Part shown: piece after piece, positions 40,918 to 50,497 of the stretch
Position numbering within the stretch: the first letter of the stretch is position 1
How the letters are laid out: each line of letters starts with the position of its first letter
Assembly: GCA_000165345.1 (NCBI GenBank)
Contig: CM000435.1
Coordinates: 224,001 to 288,000 of the forward strand
Direction: 5' to 3'
Length of the DNA stretch: 64,000 nt
Notes under the pieces: model-generated
Told to the model about the DNA's origin: nothing
Databases searched by the model: none
The model's input: the letters and a program-made list of their open reading frames with translations, nothing else
Program-made: the position numbers and the translations under genes

Positions 40918-41258
40918 CTAAAGTAGCATGGCAATATTATAATAAAAATTATACCGTTAAGTAAGAATTTGAGAAAATTAAAATTTCAAAGAAAGAGAAT
41001 TATTCTTTTGGGATCTTTATTCCTTTTGTTTCCTTACATTTATTTTATGGTGTCTATCCTGTTATTTGACATATTCTTCTTTCTTTCCTTTTCATACTTT
41101 ACTATTTCTACATTCTTTTCCTTCTTCCTTACTTTCCTTTATTTTTCTTTTCCTTATTCTTCTTTCCCATTGTTCTCTTGTTTATTTAATCTAATGATAA
41201 TAACTTTCCTGAAGAAAACGAGTGATAAAGAAAGAGAAATTAAAGTATTAACATGAAC

Positions 41259-41296
<38 letters not shown>

Positions 41297-41420
41297 TAGG
41301 TCAAAAATTAGTAGTATCTATAAACAAACGTACAACTAAATGTAGATAAATTCATAAATATAAAGAAATATATTCAACATTAAAATTATATAATTAAAAA
41401 TAAACTAAATATTATAGCAA

Positions 41421-41972
41421 CTAATTACCAAGAAAATCAAAATCATCATATTCATTATTGAACTTTTGCATGATTGACTTAATCTTAGAACCTTGAGTCC
41501 AAGTAATATGATCTTCCATTTCTCTAGATATATGATAAGCAGGGTTTGTGATAGTATTTGGACCAATTCTAATATGACCCTGTTCAATAAATTTTACAGA
41601 ATCTTTCAAATTTGGACAAAATTTGAGTTGTACTAAAACTACTGCCAATCTTCTTCTACAGAAAGCTGAAGCTGAAAGTTCATTAATTGCTTCTAAACTT
41701 TTATAAGTAGGAATTACTCCCATATGATAAAGTTTTTTAAGAAGCATCTCGCTTGTAGTTTTCCTAAACTCATCTTCTGGAGGAAGTTTTCTAATCCCAG
41801 AAACTAATTTGGTTATTAATCCACATAATTTATTGTATTTTGTATAATCTTCTCGATCTTGTATATAATACCTTCGCAAAATTTTTGTTTCTCTTTCATT
41901 ATCTTCCTTCTTCCAAGAATATAAATTCACCTTCTTGAGCAACTTCTGCTCATGAAATTTCAATTTTCTCAT
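41421..41972 (-). CDS. IMP3: U3 snoRNP protein IMP3 (ribosomal protein S4/S9-like).
   Basis: MRKLKFHEQKLLKKV, LRRYYIQDREDYTKYNKL, SASAFCRRRLAVVLVQLK, VKFIEQGHIRIGPNTITNPAYHISREMEDHITW and NNEYDDFD are nearly superimposable on human/yeast IMP3. Confidence 0.9.
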   Translation of the reverse strand: MRKLKFHEQKLLKKVNLYSWKKEDNERETKILRRYYIQDREDYTKYNKLCGLITKLVSGIRKLPPEDEFRKTTSEMLLKKLYHMGVIPTYKSLEAINELSASAFCRRRLAVVLVQLKFCPNLKDSVKFIEQGHIRIGPNTITNPAYHISREMEDHITWTQGSKIKSIMQKFNNEYDDFDFLGN

Positions 41973-42091
41973 CAGAACTTCCCCAACCTAATCACCTTTT
42001 TTATAAATTCAGTTTCACTCTATATTACTTTAAATCTAGTTTAAAAAAATTCCAATTTTCTTCTTTGACATTATAATCTCTACATGACTGT

Positions 42092-42121
42092 GCCGCCAAA
42101 AGTACCGGTACTTTTGGCGGC
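42092..42121. promoter_or_regulatory. Perfect 30-bp palindrome GCCGCCAAAAGTACCGGTACTTTTGGCGGC in the IMP3 / SNAP50 divergent promoter.
   Basis: The reverse complement is identical. Each arm carries an E2F-like TTTTGGCGGC half-site and the centre carries the recurring TACCGGTA motif. It lies 120 bp upstream of IMP3 and 180 bp upstream of SNAP50. Confidence 0.6.
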
Positions 42122-42303
42122 ATTGTTTTTAATTTAATAAATCATAAAAAGATCCATGGCAAAAAAAAGGAAAAAATTAAAAAATTGAATTGATTGAAGT
42201 TGATAGAATTGTGAGAAAATGGCTGTTTGAATTTGAAACTCTTTATTTGTTTTTTTCTTTCACTGAGTATTAGAATTTTATGATAAATATTTACTGAATA
42301 ATA

Positions 42304-43623
42304 ATGGAAGAAAACATACTTGGTTATTATAGAAAAGCTTATATAAGGACGGAATTCCCTATGAATGTGTATTCAACAAATGATTTTTCAAAAAAAGCAA
42401 CAGAAATTCTTTCTTCTCTTTTAGAATTAACATATTCTTCAACTTTGAATTTTCAATTACAAAATGAAATTAATGAAGGAATTAATTCAATACAAGTAGG
42501 AACATATTATGAAGAAATTGAAAAGATGTTGCATAATGAGCTTGATTTAGAAAAGGACATGCATATGAAATATGTAGATTCTCTTACTTTACAGAGATTA
42601 AAGAATTTAAGTCCATCTAGAGTTACAAGAAATCGTTTATCAAGAATTCCTGGTAAAATTGTAAGAATACCAACAGGATTAGTCAGTTTAAAGGAAATTG
42701 AACAAAATAGAAGAAGGGAAATCTTTTGGAATTCTTATTTTCTAACAAGACTATGTAGAAATACTAGATTAAGAAGACAATTTGTTAGTGTGAATAGTAT
42801 TGTTTTACCTCATTTTCTTTCTAGAAAAAGATATTCTCTTTCTAATACTAATAGTAATCATCATCATTCAAATATAGAAAGAGAAAGAAAAGGAGAAAGT
42901 AAAAATCAAAAAGAAAGAGAAGAAGAAAGTAAAAGTGAAAAAGAAAGAGAAAGAAAAGAAAAAAAAGAAAGTAAAAGCGAAATTGTTAAAGATGGAACTA
43001 TTATTGTTACTGTTTCATTTTACCATCAAATAAGAGGTATGAAAATTTCAGAGTTTGATATTTTAGAAACACAAACATTGTCAGAATTAAGTAATTCATT
43101 TATATGTCATGATTCAAAACAAGAGGAAGAATTGCTTGGATTTCATCCTACTGGTGATTGTTTTGAAATTAATGGTGATTTATATTTAAATGGAACTGAT
43201 GATATTAAGTCAAATTTTATTAATACTTTAAGTGGTTTTACTATGAAATCTAATCCTCAAATTTTTGATATGAAGAATACACAAATTTCTCATTTAAATA
43301 TTCCAATCAATTCTCATTCAACATATATTCATTCTGGTGATTGTGAGCATAGAGTTACATTTACTAATATTAGATTATTTAATTCAAAATATGATTCACC
43401 ATATAAAGATTCTTATCCTATACAAATTTATTCTCATAGTAGAACTTTAACTTTTTGTGAAATATGTGGAATTAACCAAGTTACTAAAGTTATTTTCAAT
43501 TCATTAAATCTTCCAAGAAATCCAAGTCAACTTTGTGATTCTTGTACTTTTATTTTTCTTTATGATAAAAATACAAAGCAAAGCATAGAAAAGTGTATTA
43601 TTCGAAGTATTAATAATAAATGA
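42304..43623 (+). CDS. SNAPC3: snRNA-activating protein complex subunit SNAP50/SNAPC3 homologue.
   Basis: The C-terminal zinc-binding SNAP50 signature YIHSGDCEHRVTFTNIRLF matches human YVHQGDCEHLIVFSDIRL. The downstream Cys cluster CEICG...CDSCTFIFLYD matches CFVCK...CDVCF. The central region is Lys/Glu/Ser-rich and low-complexity. Confidence 0.75.
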   Translation: MEENILGYYRKAYIRTEFPMNVYSTNDFSKKATEILSSLLELTYSSTLNFQLQNEINEGINSIQVGTYYEEIEKMLHNELDLEKDMHMKYVDSLTLQRLKNLSPSRVTRNRLSRIPGKIVRIPTGLVSLKEIEQNRRREIFWNSYFLTRLCRNTRLRRQFVSVNSIVLPHFLSRKRYSLSNTNSNHHHSNIERERKGESKNQKEREEESKSEKERERKEKKESKSEIVKDGTIIVTVSFYHQIRGMKISEFDILETQTLSELSNSFICHDSKQEEELLGFHPTGDCFEINGDLYLNGTDDIKSNFINTLSGFTMKSNPQIFDMKNTQISHLNIPINSHSTYIHSGDCEHRVTFTNIRLFNSKYDSPYKDSYPIQIYSHSRTLTFCEICGINQVTKVIFNSLNLPRNPSQLCDSCTFIFLYDKNTKQSIEKCIIRSINNK

Positions 43624-43709
43624 AATGAATTTTTATTTTATTTCATATATAATATAATATATATATTATAATACTAATAATGCTAAAATATAATATAATT
43701 TAATAACTC

Positions 43710-44753
43710 CTAAATTGATTTTCCTTTATTAGTTTTTTCCCAATATTCAATAAATCCTTGAGCTTCTTCTGCTCCACTTGTTACTATTGGAAGATTACAA
43801 GATTTTCCTTGTATATTTTGAATATTTGTAAGTAAATCATCAATACGTCTTTTTTTCTGTAAATCTTTTAAACTTATATTTGAATTTTTATCATCATTCT
43901 TTCTTGAAATTCTATTCTTCATTACTTGGCTTGAAATAATTCTTAAATCAATCTTGAAATGAGTAATCTTAGAAAGCATATTAATTAAATGATTAATAAA
44001 ATCTCCTGTAGTAAATTGTGGACCATATAAAGATCTTTCTAATTTATATTGAATTACTATAGATTCAGAATTCTCACTAAATAAATCTCTCATTTCTGAT
44101 GTATCTGGTATTTTTTCCATCTTAGTCCATTCTAAAATACATGTACCATTAGTATTTACTTCTTCCATAAAAACTATTAGAGGACGTAAACTATTGTTAT
44201 ATATTGATTTTAATTTATTTGATGAAGTAATAAAAGAAATACCTCCTCTTATATTCTTTTTTAATCCTATAGAAAATAATAAAGCATAAAAAGAATTGGA
44301 TGCTAAATATATACCAGAATTATCCATAAATAGATATTCTGGATCCCCTAATATTGATGAACAAACAAATATATCGCAAAATCCTTGTCTATTTACATAT
44401 ATAACTTTTCTTGTAGTTTTTGATTTCTTTTCATCATTTGATGATGATAATTTTGTATTTTTATCTAAATTCTCAGATATCCAAATACAACCAAAACATA
44501 AAAGTATTACTCTTGAGAGACCATTCAAAAATATTGAAAAGAAGATTATTCTTAAATGTTCCAAATACATTAATTCTATTACCATTGAAAATATTGTAAA
44601 CATAATTAAACAAATAGAAAGAATGATAGATCTTGTGATCAAAATAGGAAATCCTATTATTTTTCTTAAAATTGATGTTTTAGTTTGACCCCAAATAGGT
44701 ATATATGGATTAATACCAGTAGATTCATCAGCAAATTGTCTAAATTTTTCCAT
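43710..44753 (-). CDS. Membrane-bound lysophospholipid acyltransferase-like protein (LPCAT/AGPAT family). It is divergent, and the canonical HxxxxD may be replaced by RxxxxD.
   Basis: An N-terminal NPY...TM helix arrangement like the LPCAT NPF...TM. The block VFMEEVNTNGTCILEW resembles the FPEGTC acyl-acceptor motif. The position expected for NHxxxxD reads VNRQGFCD. The alignment is by eye only. Confidence 0.45.
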   Translation of the reverse strand: MEKFRQFADESTGINPYIPIWGQTKTSILRKIIGFPILITRSIILSICLIMFTIFSMVIELMYLEHLRIIFFSIFLNGLSRVILLCFGCIWISENLDKNTKLSSSNDEKKSKTTRKVIYVNRQGFCDIFVCSSILGDPEYLFMDNSGIYLASNSFYALLFSIGLKKNIRGGISFITSSNKLKSIYNNSLRPLIVFMEEVNTNGTCILEWTKMEKIPDTSEMRDLFSENSESIVIQYKLERSLYGPQFTTGDFINHLINMLSKITHFKIDLRIISSQVMKNRISRKNDDKNSNISLKDLQKKRRIDDLLTNIQNIQGKSCNLPIVTSGAEEAQGFIEYWEKTNKGKSI

Positions 44754-45220
44754 TTTCTTTTAATTATTTAAGAATTAAATTTAACTAGATTTAATTAATT
44801 TCTATATTCACTCACTATTTGAAATATAAGTAATTATTAATTTACTAAGTTAAACGTGAGTTATTATTATTACTATTATTATACTTGGTTATTAGAATCT
44901 AATTTTCGAAAGATCTCGTAAAATAATATAAGATTCTAATCTTTTTGTTTCAATAGTTATTTCTTCTTTCTAGTCTTTTCTTCCCATTTCCTCTTTCTCC
45001 CCCCTATTTCCCCTCTTTGGAGACATGTCCATGAATTGCATTAATATTGTGTTAATATTAAAGGAGAGCATGATATGTGTAAAAAAGTTTATTTGGGATA
45101 TAGAAAACAAAATTTAAAAAAAGAACAAGAAAAAGAGAAAATAATGGAAATATAAAGAATTTTAACATTTTTTTTCTTCAAAAAAAAAAATCACATTTTT
45201 TTTTTTATTTTTACATACAT

Positions 45221-45274
45221 TATATACCGGCGTACACGTAATTCCTGCATATACCGGTAATAATACCGGTATAG
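45221..45274. promoter_or_regulatory. Three ATACCGG[CT] motifs within 54 bp (TATACCGGCGTACACGTAATTCCTGCATATACCGGTAATAATACCGGTATAGG) in the acyltransferase / LSm2 intergenic region.
   Basis: The same TACCGG[TC]A core recurs at about 1590, 8756, 17852, 42103, 48219, 57250 and 61971, always intergenic. Confidence 0.4.
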
Positions 45275-45732
45275 GCAAATATTGAAATTAATAAAAAACG
45301 AAATAAAAAAAAATTTATATATTATTAAATATAATATATTAAAAGAATTCAATGCTTTTAGCCAACTATTCATTGTCTTTTATTTGATTTTATTTGAAAA
45401 AATGGTAAGTTTATTTGTTGGTTTTGGTCATAATATTATTGGTCATATTACTCTAATGGGAAAGGGATTATATTATATCGATTTTACAAAAACAAACTAT
45501 TGTTATTAATATTAATATTATTATTATTATTATTATTATTTATTCCCACTAACTTTTTATTAAATAACAAATTATTATGAAAGGATCTAATATCAATTTC
45601 ATATTTGGTTGAAGATGGTATCAAGTAGAATCAAATACATATATAATCGAATACATATATAATTGAATCCCATATATAATCAAATCAAAAATACTTGGGA
45701 TTAGAACAAGTGGGACCCCAAGCTTTCATTAC

Positions 45733-45830
45733 TCTTCTTTTTCCTCATCTTCTTCCTCCTCTTCTCTTTCATCCCCCCCCCTCTTCCTCCTCCTCTTCTT
45801 TTTCCTCTTCTCCATTAAGAGTTTTGACAC
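45733..45830 (+). other. About 100-nt CT-rich polypyrimidine tract upstream of LSm2.
   Basis: ctcttctttttcctcatcttcttcctcctcttctctttcatcccccccctcttcctcctcctcttctttttcctcttctcc is atypical for the AT-rich background. It could be a promoter, 5' UTR or intron element. Confidence 0.4.
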
Positions 45831-45926
45831 TACCAACCAAATTTTTACATTTAACTTTTAATTAATTGAAATTTTTCTATAAAGCTATTTTTTAATTTTC
45901 TACAAACTCTAATAGAGAAACAGGTA

Positions 45927-46193
45927 GTGGTAACAGTGGAGCTCAAGAATGATTTACAAATAACAGGAACTTTACATAGTATTGATCAATATTTGAATAT
46001 AAAGCTAAATAATACAACAGTAAATCAAAACGAGAGTTTTATTCATTTGGGATCTCTCAAGAATTGCTTTATTAGAGGAAGTGTTGTAAGATATATCTTC
46101 TTTCCTCCTTCTGAAGTGGATATTGAACTTCTTCAGAAAGCTTGTAGAAAGGAGTTAAGAAGTATGAATGATTGCAAAGAAAAGCAAAAGTGA
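45927..46193 (+). CDS. LSM2: U6 snRNA-associated Sm-like protein LSm2 (main exon). The 5' exon is unresolved and an intron is likely.
   Basis: VTVELKNDLQITGTLHSIDQYLNIKLNNTTV...LKNCFIRGSVVRYIFFPPSEVDIELLQKACRKE matches human LSm2 (VVVELKNDLSICGTLHSVDQYLNIKL...VKNCFIRGSVVRYVQLPADEVDTQLLQDAARKE). The track start is a GTG with no in-frame upstream ATG. A cag acceptor with a pyrimidine/AT-rich tract lies immediately upstream. Confidence 0.85.
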   Translation: MVTVELKNDLQITGTLHSIDQYLNIKLNNTTVNQNESFIHLGSLKNCFIRGSVVRYIFFPPSEVDIELLQKACRKELRSMNDCKEKQK

Positions 46194-46575
46194 GATTTCT
46201 TTCTTTTTTTTTTTTTTAATGAGATAAATATGAGTCCTGATGAGAGTTGGATATGATAGACTAGTCTTATAACTTATAATTTTATGTTTGGATTATTTTT
46301 TTCGCCATTTTCATCCGTGATTCCTTCTCTTCTTCTTCCTCTTCCTCTTCTTCTTCCTCTTACAACAGAAAATGAAGGAGAAACAATCCAAGTTATACAT
46401 ATGAAAAGAAAAACAAATATTTTCTTTTATTAATTAAAGAAATAAATTTAAAAGTAATCAACAAGAAAAAGAATTATAAAACAATTTAAAAAAAAAAAGT
46501 TAACACAATTAGCACGAGATATAATAAGTAATAATTCAAAGAAAAAGAATCCAATATCTAAAATAAATTAAGAAA

Positions 46576-47637
46576 TCAAGTAATTATTAATGATTGAAGT
46601 TTCTCTGAAAGTGAAAGTTGAACTCTTGTTAGTTCTGTCAAACATCCAATAATTAATGCATCTTGAGTAGAATTGCTTTTAATGATATTATAAATATTAT
46701 ATTCAAAATCATAAATAGAATGAATAGCATAATCAATTTGTCTTCCTATCATTGGATCCATAGAAACTTCACCAGAAAGTACTTTCTTTACATAATTCTG
46801 ACATCTCTGAACTAGAAGAATAAGTTTTGTTAATAATTGAGAAACATCACCAGATTGTAAACTATAATTTGAATTATTTAAAGGTAAAACTGTACATATT
46901 TCATCCTCTGGACCAAGAATTGTTCTAGGAAGACTCTTTGGAGGAATTCCTACAGCATTTAAATGATGTTTCTCAAGTAATGGTCTTAAAATTCTTGAAA
47001 TATGAAGTCTTTCACATGGACTTGCAACAATATCTAATGGAATTGGTCTAAAAATTGAAACTATAGAATTTGTCCATGTTGATTGAATTTGAATATATCC
47101 ATTAATAGATAACTTTCCATTTGAAAATGAAGGATCCACAACAATATGAATAGGCTCAGATAATAATGGAGTTTGTTGAAATTTTGAACTACCAATATCT
47201 GTCTTAAACCAATTATTCACTGCACAACTTACTGAATTAATACCAGAACATGTACTATACCATCCAATAACCTGCAATCTAGAATTTGTCTTTTGTTTTA
47301 ATTCAAACATTGTCTCATGAGTATCTATCATTATTGAAAGCATACCATCATCTGTAAATGAATGTCTATCTACAAAAGAATCTGTTACTATAACATTCCC
47401 ACCTTCATTTATGTATCCTAATAAAGTTCCTATCACATATTGATGTCCTGATTGTCTTCTTAAATGAGAATCCAATATAGATAATATAACCAATGGATTC
47501 ACTCTACAACTTATTATTGATGGTTTTGATAATGAATCAAAAGTCAAATTTGTATCTGATAAGTGTGAAATTAAAAATCCATCACTTTCACTAATAATGT
47601 TATTTTGAGCACAATATATTGACATTATTATAACCAA
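46576..47637 (-). CDS. EIF3F: Translation initiation factor eIF3 subunit F (MPN domain).
   Basis: [30 protein letters not shown] matches eIF3f [36 protein letters not shown] is the MPN core. [21 protein letters not shown] matches [20 protein letters not shown]. The C-terminus [19 protein letters not shown]...[18 protein letters not shown] matches YAEDVLSGKVSADNTVGRF...LANLTQSQIALNEKLVNL. Confidence 0.85.
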   Translation of the reverse strand: [353 protein letters not shown]

Positions 47638-48813
47638 ATTTTCTTTATTATCACTTTATTAATAATTATAAGAAAAAGAATAATTTCTATTATTTTCAAT
47701 AAAGTCTGACTTATTTTATTTTCAAACCTTCTGATATGTAATATATATTATAATATCACTTTCTTTTGAGAACTTAAACTTTTTCTATTAAGATATAAAC
47801 AGAATTAAAAAAAAAAAGAATTAAATGAGATCTTAAACAAGCTCTATCAATATCCCTTTTTTTTTAATTAATTAATTTTTTTTTTTTTAATTGTTATTTC
47901 CCTTGTGATTTCTTAATTTATATTTTACCTCCTTCCAAATATTCCAAGTCTTGTATATTTTGACTATAATTTAAAAATTTTTTTCCCCCTTCTTTCTTCT
48001 GTTATTCTAATTCTTTTACAAAATAATTAATTATTATTATATTAATATTTACCATAATTCACTCATCAATTTCTACTAATATTAAATATAACCCTCAATT
48101 TACCGCAATTATTCATTTTTTTTTTTGTTTCTTTTTAATTAAATTTATTTATTAAAAAAAAAAAACGCGCTCAATAATTCTGTATATTTGGCAATATGTA
48201 CCGCCTAAGCGAGACGCCGGTACTAATAAATCTACATTAACTTTATTGAATTTAATTCAAATCAAAAATAAAAAAAAAATAAATAAATTAACTACTCATC
48301 TTTTTTAAATAATTAAAATTATATTTTTTTTTATATTACAAAAAAAAATTATTTTTATGTAATATAAAATTTAACACGTAATTATCAAAAATATTAATAC
48401 TGTTAATAATGTCAATACAACTAGAATAATCTTAAGTATAATTTATTCACCAATATAAAATTCTACATGCAGTTTTATTTATAAATTTTAATAAACCCTG
48501 ACAAACCTTTCTAACTTAATTCTCACTAATTACCCCACATGTGATTTAATGTACATGTAAATCATATACTCATGCACCCCTCCCATGCACTTTTTTCTCC
48601 CGCCTAATCACATGCACTTTAATATAAACATTTATCTTTTCTCTTCACACCTATCCCTACCCCCACCACTAATTCCCGCAATAAAACTGAAAACTAGCTA
48701 CTTTTTATTTTACTAATATCAACTTGTGTTAATAAATCTATAAATAACATTATATTCACTCTCTATTTATCACACACTAACACACTGTATTATGTTTATA
48801 TATAAATATATAT

Positions 48814-48878
<65 letters not shown>

Positions 48879-49302
48879 TCTATTTACCTCTAAATGTTAT
48901 TTATGTCTGTACATGTAATTACTTCTACATGAAAATATTTGAATGCGGCGCGCTTTGTCTATCCTGTCATTTATAATATACCAAATAAAAAATTTAATGA
49001 GGGAGAGATTTCAAGAAGAACCGCTGATTAAAGGTTTTTTGAATAATAATAATTATTATTATTATTACAATTATCACTACTTACAAATACTTTACTAGAA
49101 ATAGTAATCATAGCCATTTTTAGAAACTAAGATTTGAGATTTTAAGATAAGATATATATACTGGTTTAGAATTTAGAGTTCCTATAAGTAATATACTAAA
49201 TCAATAAATAGGTGAATAGTTATCAAAAACAAAGTGTGGGGAGAAGATTTTAACGTTCATACAATTCTTTAGAAGAAAATAAATCTTTTGGAATAATTAA
49301 AT

Positions 49303-50493
49303 ATGGTATCTAGTAGGTCAGCAAGCCCAAATAGAAGAGGTTCTACTGGCTCTTCTTCTATATCGTCTATAAATACCCGAATTGTCCCCTTTATCTCAAA
49401 CTATTACTCACTTCTTGGTGATTCACCAAATTCTCTTATAGATTTACATGTTAGTAATCCTGATCCACATTTAAAATGGCAAATTCCAAGCTTTATTATT
49501 GGTGGGAATCCAAGACTTCAAGGATCTACAATTATTGATAATGGAATAATTAGCATTAAAAGTTTTGGAAAAGATACATTACATAATTTATTCTCTAGTC
49601 TACCTACAATTACATGTAAGATTCCAGTCGAAATTATGGATATTAATGAAACAACTGAAAATATTGTTACTGTATCTATACATGGATATGTAATCTCAGG
49701 AATTGAGAGGTTATTATTTTTCCAAGTTTTACAATTATTTCATCAAATTGATCTTAATAACAAAGATAATTTTTTAATCTTTAATAATATCTTTTACGTA
49801 TTCCCAATACCATTTGATATGAAAAGTATTCGTAGCTTACAGACCTTCTCAAATCAGCATTCTATATCTCATTCATTTTCTTTGGCTCATACCCCAAAAA
49901 GTACAGGTTCAGAAGACTATGATAATAATACTAATGAAATAGGACATGAAACTACGGGAAATCATTCCCATAATCTAAGCTATCAACAACAACATCAACA
50001 TTCCACCCATCAACAAAATCATCACGTTAAAACTTTTCCTACTTATCAAGATAGTAAAAAGACTACTAAAATTAAACCCCAAATCAAAATTCATGGACTA
50101 TCTGCAAATTCAGGTTTATCTGATAAAGATATCTTATCTGCTGTTTCATTCCAACTCAAAAACAGTAATGAAGGATTTGCTATTGCAATCAATAGAAACA
50201 ATGATGAAGCAATCATCCAAGTTGACTCAGTTCAATCACAAGAACTTCTTTCACAAAGAGGAATCTATATACAAGGACTTAAATATAAAGTATCAAATGT
50301 TGTCAAGAAATCCAATTCTGGAATTAAAGGTAATAGAAACTCAAATAAAAATAACAACCAAGCTGAAGTTAGTGGTCCCTCCTCATCCTCAGCCCCAAAG
50401 AAAATGAATAGTCATAAAAAAGAATCAATTCCAGATAAAGATGGTTGGATAACTGTTACTAGTAAAGGCAAAAGTAAATCAAAAACTTTCTAA
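49303..50493 (+). CDS. G3BP-like protein: N-terminal NTF2-like domain and C-terminal RRM-like domain.
   Basis: IVPFISNYYSLLGDSPNSLIDLH resembles the NTF2 opening [21 protein letters not shown]. The C-terminal IKIHGLS...GFAIAINRNNDEAIIQVDSVQSQELLSQRGIYIQGLKYKVSNVVKK parallels the G3BP RRM ([35 protein letters not shown]). The intervening region is His/Gln/Ser-rich linker. Confidence 0.5.
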   Translation: MVSSRSASPNRRGSTGSSSISSINTRIVPFISNYYSLLGDSPNSLIDLHVSNPDPHLKWQIPSFIIGGNPRLQGSTIIDNGIISIKSFGKDTLHNLFSSLPTITCKIPVEIMDINETTENIVTVSIHGYVISGIERLLFFQVLQLFHQIDLNNKDNFLIFNNIFYVFPIPFDMKSIRSLQTFSNQHSISHSFSLAHTPKSTGSEDYDNNTNEIGHETTGNHSHNLSYQQQHQHSTHQQNHHVKTFPTYQDSKKTTKIKPQIKIHGLSANSGLSDKDILSAVSFQLKNSNEGFAIAINRNNDEAIIQVDSVQSQELLSQRGIYIQGLKYKVSNVVKKSNSGIKGNRNSNKNNNQAEVSGPSSSSAPKKMNSHKKESIPDKDGWITVTSKGKSKSKTF

Positions 50494-50497
50494 ACTC

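Noticed and set aside
42092-42121. The 30-bp palindrome as a terminal inverted repeat of a DNA transposon.
   Set aside because: It is a single contiguous palindrome rather than two separated TIRs. There are no flanking target-site duplications and no transposase ORF. It sits exactly in a bidirectional promoter.
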